Below are positions 9,639 to 18,800 of a DNA stretch of 64,000 nucleotides, piece after piece. Made by a program: the position numbers and the translations under genes. The notes under the pieces are model-generated. The model searched no databases, was not told the DNA's origin, and saw only the letters and a program-made list of their open reading frames with translations. Position 1 is the first letter of the stretch. Every line of letters starts with the position of its first letter. Source of the stretch: an uncultured Clostridia bacterium (lineage in GTDB: Bacteria > Bacillota > Clostridia > TANB77 > CAG-508); contig CAJFRV010000002.1 in NCBI GenBank assembly GCA_904419495.1, positions 27,245 to 91,244 of the forward strand, given 5' to 3'.

Positions 9639-10013
9639 TCATCCCCACATTACTACCACATTTGCTGTCGCATATTCCTTACAATGAGATATACTAATAT
9701 CAATTTCTTCTATTTCATTTATCTCTATATCTAAAAAATGAATATATGGCCTTCCATTTTCATCATTCACAACCTCTATGTTCTTCCATCCTATATCATA
9801 TTTGCTATGCAATTTACTAGATATTGCCTTAAAACCTGCTTCTTTTGCTGCAAATCTAGCTGCATAATGTTGATATTTCTGACTTTTCTTACTTTCACAA
9901 TATGCAATTTCTTTTTTTGTATAAACTCTTTCTAAAAATTTATCTCCTAGCTGTTCGATACTTTCTTTTATTCTTTTAATTTCTATAATATCTGTTCCAC
10001 AACTTAATTTCAT
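9639..10013 (-). CDS. acpS: Holo-[acyl-carrier-protein] synthase
   Basis: 124 aa. GTDIIEIKRI..., ...FAAKEAGFKA..., ...ISISHCKEYATANVV. Confidence 0.85.
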   Translation of the reverse strand: MKLSCGTDIIEIKRIKESIEQLGDKFLERVYTKKEIAYCESKKSQKYQHYAARFAAKEAGFKAISSKLHSKYDIGWKNIEVVNDENGRPYIHFLDIEINEIEEIDISISHCKEYATANVVVMWG

Positions 10014-10231
10014 ATTTCATTTTCCTCTTCTTTTTATAATAATATGCTAATATATAAGAAACCTAACCTTGTTATATACGGAAAAATCTTATATGTGGTC
10101 AAGATAAAAGTCGATTTTTCCTATACAATTAAAATGGGGGAAGATTTCTCTTCCCTTTTCATTTGTTAATTTTTTCTATAAAATTGTTTTTCCCATATTT
10201 TAATTACTTTCCAGATTTTAAAGTATTTTGA

Positions 10232-11464
10232 TTATCCTTTTGATAATAATATAAAATTTAGTATATTAAATATCAATGTAAGTACTAAAATAATGGCTAT
10301 CGTAATGTTTAAATTTTTATTCTTTTCTATATTTAACTCTTTATATAACACATCATATTCCGTTTTTACTTCATGATATAATTTTTCTATGCCTAACATT
10401 TCTTTTATTTTATGATCAAATATAATGCCTGTTTCATCTTCTGTTACCTCTTGAATCCATATATTTTTTGTGAATTCGATGAATTTTCTTCTTACATTTT
10501 TCACTCCTACTGTATGCTTAAATTCTAAACTCAATTTTTTTAAATATATCTTTTTATATAATTCATAAAGATACGTATATAGATATTGTTGCTCAAATTC
10601 ATTTGGTAAGATTGTATAATTATTGATATCTATTGAAGATGCAAATAGTGTTACCCCTTGACTTGTCATTCCCATTTTTGTATATTTCCATTTTGTTAAT
10701 AATGAAATACCATCTTCTTTCAAGCTCTCTGAATTATCTGCTGGTAACATTCTTGCAAATTTAATGAATTGATGTTCTACTTTATCAAAACTGTTTTCTG
10801 CGTTCCATGCTGACTGATCTACACATATATAAGAATATGTCAAAAATCTTTCTGTATCAATATCTAATTTAATTGCTTCTATATTAGAACCTGTTATATT
10901 TTTTATGAAGTCTGTTAATTTATCTATACTAGAAAAACTATCTGTTTGTATGTTAATTTTATCATAACTATTTAATGTTTGATTGTCTTGTTTGATATCT
11001 CTAAATTTGTAATTAAAGTTTAATACATCTGAAAATGTTGGCTCATCTTCAATATTTGTTTTTATACATAAAAAGCATATACCTGTATTAAAGCAAATCA
11101 ATTCCATTTTCTTTATTTTAAAGAAAATGCCTTTGCCATCTCCTGCCTTTCCTTGAATATCTTTTTTTATTGTATATTCAAATATAACACATGGATATTT
11201 TGTAAGTACTGCTGATTGTGTTTCTATTGGCATTTCTTTAAATTTAGCATATTTAGCATTTGTAAAACTAAAACTAGAGAAAAGAAAATCTCGCATTTTA
11301 GGTGTAAAATATTTATATAATCTTAAATCTTTTTCTTTTTCAAATCTTTTTAACTTGCATTTTTCATCTTTTAATAGTCTCAATATATATTTTTGATATT
11401 TCTTTTGTTTTACAACAAAAGGATGTATAAAGTATGTGTATTGATAGTTTATCTTTAGTTCCAT
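10232..11464 (-). CDS. Hypothetical protein with a single C-terminal TM anchor; last gene of the spoIIE operon
   Basis: The ORF track gives 10232..11473 with a GTG start. The ATG at 11464 has a better-placed AAAGGTGA RBS. About 410 aa, predicted soluble body followed by NITIAIILVLTLIFNILNFILL. I recognise no family. Confidence 0.55.
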   Translation of the reverse strand: MELKINYQYTYFIHPFVVKQKKYQKYILRLLKDEKCKLKRFEKEKDLRLYKYFTPKMRDFLFSSFSFTNAKYAKFKEMPIETQSAVLTKYPCVIFEYTIKKDIQGKAGDGKGIFFKIKKMELICFNTGICFLCIKTNIEDEPTFSDVLNFNYKFRDIKQDNQTLNSYDKINIQTDSFSSIDKLTDFIKNITGSNIEAIKLDIDTERFLTYSYICVDQSAWNAENSFDKVEHQFIKFARMLPADNSESLKEDGISLLTKWKYTKMGMTSQGVTLFASSIDINNYTILPNEFEQQYLYTYLYELYKKIYLKKLSLEFKHTVGVKNVRRKFIEFTKNIWIQEVTEDETGIIFDHKIKEMLGIEKLYHEVKTEYDVLYKELNIEKNKNLNITIAIILVLTLIFNILNFILLSKG

Positions 11465-11485
11465 TTTTATCACCTTTTTATTATT

Positions 11486-13006
11486 TTATTCTTGATTATA
11501 ATAGTTCATATTCATGTCTTTTCCTAAATGCCATTTTCCTATAAAATCAATGATTAGATAATCATCTAAGTTATAAGTTGGTTCCTGTACAACTTCTCCT
11601 TTATTGTTGATTGCTCCCCATTTTCCATCTTTTTTTACTGCTGCAAATCCATATTCATTTTGCTCTGTTGCATCATCATACATATATTCTACCACAACAT
11701 TTCCATTTTTGTCTATATATCCATACTGATTATCTTTTTTATCTAAATATAGTGTATGACTTGTTAAAATATCCTTCTTATTTTTTTCTTCGAATTTAAA
11801 ATTATAATATTTATATTCATCATTTTGTCTCAATACAAAATATCCAGAATCTGTATTGATTTCTATTAATATTCCTGTTTGTTTTACTTCAAACTGATTG
11901 TTCATTACTTGACTATTATAATTTTCATCTTCAGCCACATAAATATCTCCAATTTCATTATATGTAATTGTATTATAGTCAAATGGTAATTTCTCCTGAT
12001 TATCTATATCAATTATTCCTCGTTTATTATCTTTTGTTGCTATAAAAACATTAGCCTTTGCTTCCACTAAATTATCATATTGTGCTTCTATTTTTATTTC
12101 CCCTGTTAATGTCATAATACCATATTTTCCATTAGAAGTATAAATTACACCTGAATCTTTTGTTTTTAGTATATTTGTTATTTGGTCAAATCCTTCTGTT
12201 AAAACATCTTGCCCGTCTTTATTTACTATCTTTTGTTTTCCATTTTGTGATACAACATATAAATCATTTCCATATACTTTTTCTATTTCTTCATACTTGT
12301 TTTCTAATATTACATTTTTAGAAGCATCGACAATCCCATACAGTCCTTCATCATTTTTTACTATATATCCAGACCTATTGTCTTTTCCTAAATTCGTAAC
12401 TCCAGTATAAATTGGATCTAGGATAATTTTTCCCTCATTATCTGCCACTCCATATTTTCCTTCTTTTTCTATTAAAAGAGCATTTTTTATTCCTTGTACT
12501 GATTCTATACTATCATATTCTGTATTTAATAAAACCTTTCCATCATAATTAATTACTCCCCATTTTCCATCTTTTTGTACCTTTAATACATTGTCTTCAT
12601 ACCATAAAGTATCGTTTTCATCATGATTGTTAATTGCTTCTACCTTGTTATATTCTGTAAAAATCTCTTGATTTTTGCTGTTTAGAGCCTTTGTAGAATA
12701 GTCTCCTGTATCATAATTTACATCATATGTGCAAAGAAAGATGTCTGTTTTATTATTCGGAATAATCATCATCTCTTCATAAGAAGGTTCTATGATTATA
12801 TCTCCATTTTCATCAATAACACCCCATTTATTATCTTTAAATGCTGCAAAATATGTCTTACTTGTAATTCCTCCTGTTTTTTCTTCTTTTGAGAAAATTC
12901 CTTTTATAATAAAAATTGACATAATTACAACAACAATTGCTAATATTACGGCAAAAACTTTTTTCATATTTAGCTTTCGTTCTTCATATCTTCTTCCCCT
13001 ACTCAT
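11486..13006 (-). CDS. Membrane-anchored WG-repeat (KWG) protein
   Basis: N-terminal TM (VFAVILAIVVVIMSIFII) followed by at least 8 repeats of the KWGVID..G..I.EP.Y type. The start at ATG 13006 has AGGAGG 9 nt upstream. The longer ORF to 13063 would overlap spoIIE. Confidence 0.75.
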   Translation of the reverse strand: MSRGRRYEERKLNMKKVFAVILAIVVVIMSIFIIKGIFSKEEKTGGITSKTYFAAFKDNKWGVIDENGDIIIEPSYEEMMIIPNNKTDIFLCTYDVNYDTGDYSTKALNSKNQEIFTEYNKVEAINNHDENDTLWYEDNVLKVQKDGKWGVINYDGKVLLNTEYDSIESVQGIKNALLIEKEGKYGVADNEGKIILDPIYTGVTNLGKDNRSGYIVKNDEGLYGIVDASKNVILENKYEEIEKVYGNDLYVVSQNGKQKIVNKDGQDVLTEGFDQITNILKTKDSGVIYTSNGKYGIMTLTGEIKIEAQYDNLVEAKANVFIATKDNKRGIIDIDNQEKLPFDYNTITYNEIGDIYVAEDENYNSQVMNNQFEVKQTGILIEINTDSGYFVLRQNDEYKYYNFKFEEKNKKDILTSHTLYLDKKDNQYGYIDKNGNVVVEYMYDDATEQNEYGFAAVKKDGKWGAINNKGEVVQEPTYNLDDYLIIDFIGKWHLGKDMNMNYYNQE

Positions 13007-13025
13007 CGGTTTTTTCCTCCTAATT

Positions 13026-15440
13026 TTACATATCCTTTTGCATAAATTTACATACGATGACACTCATATCATCTTTTGTTTTTCCAAAATTATTATCAAT
13101 TGCTTCATTTAATATAATATCTGCTATTTTTTTTGTATTTTTTGTTTCTATATCTTCTAATAAGTATTTTATCCATAATTCTTTATTTTTATATTCTATA
13201 TTAGAATCTAAAACACCATCTGTACACATTAGCATAATTTGCTCGTTTTGTATATCTGTATCAAAAATTTGAATATTATCTTGATTAATCATTCCTGCTG
13301 GAAGCGAATTTGATTTTATAATTTGTACTCTTTTATTCTTCTTAATATATGTTGGACAAGCTCCACTTTTTATAAATTCAATTGTGCCTTTATATAAGTC
13401 TAAAATTGCTATATCTAATGTTGCAAATATTTCATCACTTTTATTTATTAAACTTGATGTAATTAATTCTATTGACGTATTTTTGTCAAATCCAGAACTT
13501 AATAAATTTTGTAGCATTGCTAAAGCTTGCATACTACTTTCATTGGCTTTCTTTCCTGTTCCTATGCCATCACTTAAAGCAATAATATATTTTCCATCCT
13601 TTAATCTTACATTAATAAAATTATCTCCAGAAATTTCACTTTGATTTTTGCTTGAATCTGCTGTTGCAAAACCAATGACATATTTATCATCAGACATATA
13701 TATTAAATTTGTTTCACTTGAATTTTCTTCATTTAATACTATTTTTTCTTTTAACACCTTTGTAAGAATATTTTCTACAACTGTATTATCTGGCATTTCT
13801 TTTGTATATATATTGATAATATATCTATCTTTTTTATGTATGGATACTTCTTTTACTTCAATTTCTTTTTGTTTTAATAGTTCAATAATTTCTATTTCTT
13901 GTTTCGTATATTTTTTATCTACTTCTACATTTTGTTCTATGTCTTTTGCAATTCCTGAAATGACTTTTGAAACACCTTTTAATTGTGTTTCCATATTTTT
14001 CTTGTTTTCATCTAACTTCTTCTGCCATACGAAATTGTTTTTGCTTACTTTATAAGAAATATTTACAATTCTTAAGATCTGTAATATGTTTTCATCTAGA
14101 TATTGACTTACTTCTTTGTCATCAAATCCTACAATATAACTATTACAATCTGCAAATATTTTTAACAAGTCTTCTCTTTCAATTTCTTGTTTTTCTAATA
14201 ACATACAAAATATTTTATCTACAATTTTCCCATCTACATTAGCAATGTCTTCATATAATAAATTGTCTTTATATGGTTCTAAATTGTTCAATAATTCATT
14301 GATGAATATTTGTTTATTTTCTTCTTTTTCCTCTAATGTATATGCTTCATTTTTTTGTTCTTTTGCATAAGTATTTGCCAGTCTTTTTATTGTTTCTGAA
14401 ACATGATTTAATTTTTCTGCTGTTTCTTTTTCTCTAGTCAAACTTCTTTCTCTTGATATTGGTAAAAATTTTGATCCTCCTACAAATTCTTCTATATCAA
14501 TATTTATATTTTTAGGAATTGCTAATAGGATAATAGAGGCTAACAAAATCTCTTTAAAATAAATTAGTTCTACTGTATATCCATTAGATGCGTAAGCCAA
14601 TATGATATTTCCTATACAGAAACCTACAATCACACCAATTTTTCCAAATCGGTTTAAAATACCTGCTACCATTCCAGAAATAGCATATGCTGCAATAATG
14701 ATTGGTTCTCCTCCTGTTATAATCCCTAATGTTACACCTATTGTAACTCCTGATGTAGCACCTACTAATACACCATTTTTCCATCCTAAAATTAGAACAA
14801 TTAATATACTAAATATATTTCTTATAGAAAATCCCAATATTGTCAAATCTGAAAAAGCACTTACGGCAATCGCTAATAGAAGACTTGTCCCAATTACCTC
14901 TTCAATTGAAAAAGCTTTTTTCTGTCCAAAATTTTCTATAACAGATATAGAATTTGCAAATATTTTGTAAAATGCCACCGCAATAATGCCATATGTAATA
15001 CTTAATAATACATCATAAAATGTAACTGTAGAAAACATTGCCTTTACTATCTGAAGAATAAAAACTGCAATAAAAATATTTTTTCCGACTTTTATTTTTT
15101 CGTTACGTTCTTCTTCATTATACTTTGGTTTGATAATAAAAATACTAATGAAAAAGATTAAACTGGTTAAAAAATACTCTAATCCCCCACTTGCACCAAA
15201 ACCTATTATATTTCCTATTAAAGTAACAATAACGATTCCTAAAAGAGGTACTGAAGATGAAAAACATGCTCCCAATATACTCATACTAAATAATGAAAAA
15301 TCTCCACCAATTCCAACTAGTGATAACATAAAAGAAAGAACACACATGATAATATTATTTTTTTGCAATATATCTGACCATTTATTTATGTTCTCTTTCT
15401 TTCTGTCCTGTATAACATATTCATTTATATTTTGAAACAT
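13026..15440 (-). CDS. spoIIE: Stage II sporulation protein E (polytopic membrane PP2C phosphatase)
   Basis: 804 aa. About 10 N-terminal TM helices, a central linker, and a C-terminal PP2C domain (SGDNF...ALSDGIGTGKKANESS...LMCTDGVLDS...DDMSVIVCKF). Confidence 0.88.
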   Translation of the reverse strand: MFQNINEYVIQDRKKENINKWSDILQKNNIIMCVLSFMLSLVGIGGDFSLFSMSILGACFSSSVPLLGIVIVTLIGNIIGFGASGGLEYFLTSLIFFISIFIIKPKYNEEERNEKIKVGKNIFIAVFILQIVKAMFSTVTFYDVLLSITYGIIAVAFYKIFANSISVIENFGQKKAFSIEEVIGTSLLLAIAVSAFSDLTILGFSIRNIFSILIVLILGWKNGVLVGATSGVTIGVTLGIITGGEPIIIAAYAISGMVAGILNRFGKIGVIVGFCIGNIILAYASNGYTVELIYFKEILLASIILLAIPKNINIDIEEFVGGSKFLPISRERSLTREKETAEKLNHVSETIKRLANTYAKEQKNEAYTLEEKEENKQIFINELLNNLEPYKDNLLYEDIANVDGKIVDKIFCMLLEKQEIEREDLLKIFADCNSYIVGFDDKEVSQYLDENILQILRIVNISYKVSKNNFVWQKKLDENKKNMETQLKGVSKVISGIAKDIEQNVEVDKKYTKQEIEIIELLKQKEIEVKEVSIHKKDRYIINIYTKEMPDNTVVENILTKVLKEKIVLNEENSSETNLIYMSDDKYVIGFATADSSKNQSEISGDNFINVRLKDGKYIIALSDGIGTGKKANESSMQALAMLQNLLSSGFDKNTSIELITSSLINKSDEIFATLDIAILDLYKGTIEFIKSGACPTYIKKNKRVQIIKSNSLPAGMINQDNIQIFDTDIQNEQIMLMCTDGVLDSNIEYKNKELWIKYLLEDIETKNTKKIADIILNEAIDNNFGKTKDDMSVIVCKFMQKDM

Positions 15441-15648
15441 ATTTACATACCACCTTTTTCCTAATATTAAGCTATATTTTACTACTTGTCTTTTGTGGTT
15501 TTTGTCTTTTTTAGTAAAAAACTTCTAAGAAGTTTTTTACATATTTTATCATTTTCCTTTTTTATATTTTTTTATAATTCTTTTTTTGGTTTTTTATGCT
15601 TTTTATTTTATTACAGAATGTCAAAAAAAGCAATATACATAAAAAAGT

Positions 15649-15840
15649 TTCTCTTATTTTAAACAAAGGCTAGGTAGATATCTTAAAAATATTAAATATC
15701 ATTAGATTGAAATGAAATATAGAATTTGTTTTTATAAAAAAAGAGGCTCATTTTTTATAATTACAAATTCTTATTGAATGGAATGATAAGATATTTAATA
15801 TTTTTAAGATATCTACCTAGCCTTTGTTGATAAGAGAAAA
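15649..15840. repeat. Long inverted repeat / hairpin element (39-bp perfect arms, extended to about 50 bp, 89-bp spacer)
   Basis: 15662-15700 (AACAAAGGCTAGGTAGATATCTTAAAAATATTAAATATC) pairs perfectly with 15790-15828. The flanks TTCTCTTAT / ATAAGAGAA extend the pairing. The spacer has its own dyad (GAATTTGT...ACAAATTC). Confidence 0.85.
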
Positions 15841-15842
15841 TA

Positions 15843-15873
15843 GAAAAAACCATTTCTATCCAGAAATGATTTT
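15843..15873 (-). terminator. Intrinsic terminator after the giant-protein operon
   Basis: The minus strand reads CATTTCTggatAGAAATG followed by GTTTTTTC, about 15 nt after the stop at 15887. Confidence 0.55.
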
Positions 15874-15886
15874 TCTATAATTTATT

Positions 15887-18800
15887 TTATTTTCTCAAGA
15901 CTTTTCTTTTAATGATAACAATTCCTACTCCAACAACTACTAAAATACCAATTCCTATTGCTCCATATAAAATATATTGTCTATCATCACCTGTAGGTCC
16001 TGTAATTGTTAACTCAACAGAATCATCATCTGGCTCATTAGGTGTATTTGTTGTTGGATCATAGTTTCCGGGGATTGAATCAATTGTTTTTCTTCCTTTT
16101 AATTTAATTACTTCAATGTCATTCTCATAAGTTAAATCATCTGATGAAACAGATAATTGTTTTGAAACTACCATAGTTGTATCTACTGCTTCTGAACCCG
16201 GTTCCATATTTTCAAATATAGGGTTTTTCAAATGAATTATATTTTGAAGATTTTTTACAACTTCATATGCATTATCTGCAAGCAATACTCCCTTCATGTC
16301 TGGTGTTATTTCTATTGATTCCCAGTTTCCATCTGTTGATTCTAATACTAATTCCTCTGGTAAATAGTCAAACATGTCTACGATTGTTGTAATTCTATAT
16401 TTATTTTCTTTGTCTGCTGGAACTGTACCATAAATATAGTAGTCCTCATCATTATAATCTATTTCACAATTCTTGTTGTCAACTGTTATTTCATAAGTTA
16501 TTCTTAATGTTGCACCTTGAATAACTTCATCATCTACTTCGATGCTTACATTACCATTTGGTAACATTTTTACACCAGATATATTTTGGCTTCTTGGGTC
16601 TCCATTCATTAAGGTTACACCATTAGATAATGTAATTTGGATATTTGATATTTCCTTATTAATTAATAGAGATTGTCTAGGTCTTTCTATAATACCAAAG
16701 TCTATATTATCAAATACAAATTTTAAGTCTGCTCCATATTCACTGATATTATCTAAATTAATATCATAGTCTAATTTTATATCAAATCTTCTTGTATCTG
16801 CTACAATTTCTGTTACATCTCTACTTTCAGTTGCTGTTGCATAATTAAATTCTTCTTCTGTAATTCTTTCATTAACATATTCATCATTGTCTTTTGCATC
16901 TGATAGCCTAATAGCACCTTCATGGCTAGTTTCGCCTCTGTACCAATAATCTGTCATGGCATTAACAGCTGATTTATTTCCTCCTCTGTATATTGTAGAT
17001 TTATAATTATCTGCATCTACATTTTTTATAACGTTACCATTTGTATCACAAATTACACTATTGTCACCATAAGTATATCGAATAATATATTTTCCCGGAA
17101 TAACGCCTACAAAACTATATTCACCTTTTCCTCCTGTAGTCGTTGTTGCGTCAACAACTGTATTATCTTTCTTATATAATTTACCTAATGCTACATTTCC
17201 TGAGTCATCTATTGTCATTAAATCAACTTTAACATTATTAACAATATTTTCTGCTGATTGATATTGTCCATCACCCATTCTATGTTTATCATATCCTGTT
17301 CCTTCTAGTAATTCCTCTATTGGTGCATCTTCCCAAACAGTACCTTCTATTATTCTTCCTTCTTTCAATGTAAGAATTAATGATGGTGCCCAGTTTGTAT
17401 CATCTTCATATGTATCTCTATTATTTGGTGTTGCTGTATCTGGAGCAGAGTCCACATCTATTCCTGCATAAGGAGTTGAGAAGCTATTATTCTGATATGT
17501 AGAATATGAGGTAATTTCAGTAATTGAATTTAATGTTGCATTTCCGTTCAATAATGCATTAATTGCATCATTACTTAATTGATAACGAACTGTTATTGTT
17601 TTTGAAGTTTGTGGTCCTAATGTTTGATTTACATTAATATTCATCTTTTTCAAACCATTTACATGGTAACTATTATCAATTTGATAATCAATTGCTTTTC
17701 CATTTTGATCTGTTATACTGATATTCTCATATCTATCATCATAATAATTTGCTATTGTTTTTACTGTACTATTTAAACTTGTTGCTTCATTTGTTAATTC
17801 AATTTTATAAGTCATATACATCTTTAATTTGCCTTCATTTCCAGCTTGGGCATTATATACAACATCTGATGTATAAATTTCTCTTGTATATGAACTATTG
17901 AAGTATTTACTAGCAAATCTAACAGCTATATTTGATACATCTCCTCCTGCAAAACCATTAGGGTCTGCAGATACTTGTCCATATTTATAGGTATGTGTAT
18001 AATTATTAAGTTGTATTTCTATCTTTTCAAGGTCTTGTTCTGATACGTTTAAGTCAGGCATTTCTCTTTCTTCTAGACCTAAATTGATTCCTGCTATTTC
18101 TTCTACACAATTTTTTCTTATGTCATTTGCTGTATATTGTGTACATAACGCTTTACCACTATTTTTATTAGTTGTAGCTGTTATCTCATATTGTGCATAT
18201 ACACCTGATATTGGATAACTTTGTCCATTATATCCATATTTTACAGAGTCTCCATAAACAACCTTACTCTTATAGTCACTGTATGTATATTTTATATTAT
18301 ATGTTTTTTGTCCACTTGTATTTTGAGATTGTCCTTTACTAATAGTTGCATAATTTTTATTAAAGTTATCTCTTAATGACGTATCTGTCGCACTATTCTT
18401 AACACCATTAATCTTGCTATTACTTAATGTGAAGCTTGAATTAATTGGTATTGATTGATAACTCATTCCATTATATTCAAATTCTATATAAGCACCTTGT
18501 AAATCATCTATTTTTATTTTAAGTGCACTAGAATCTGTATCATAATTTCCAAAGATATATGCTCCATTTGCGTCTGTTACTGCTGTATCTAATACTGTTC
18601 CATCTGCTTTCTTCAAGGTAACTGTTATATTTTGCAATCTTTTATCTTCTGTTCCTTGCTTCCATTCGTAGTCTTTATTACTTCCTTTTCCATCTGTCTT
18701 ATCTTCCCATGCATATCCATTTATTTTTATATATTCCCTTTTATTTTTCATGGTCAATGTATTAAATAAATTATCTGTTTGTCCTGCACTTGTACCAGTA

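Noticed and set aside
9610-9640. Small hairpin GATGATTTT-ggggacggagaaa-AAAATCATC between acpS and tatD, considered as a fifth member of the GGGGACG-loop family.
   Set aside because: The stem sequence is unrelated. The GGGGAC is on the non-transcribed strand relative to the surrounding minus-strand genes, the opposite of copies A, B and D. The similarity is only a 7-mer. It is mentioned as possibly related but not counted.
15649-15840. Interpreting the long inverted repeats (also 242-535, 46017-46882 and 49467-49699) as invertible promoters (invertons) driving phase variation of the adhesins.
   Set aside because: There is no recombinase or invertase gene in the window. The repeat nearest the adhesin promoter (36445-36558) has only a 22-nt spacer. 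Three of the elements sit at gene 3' ends. This is kept as an open possibility inside the findings, not claimed.
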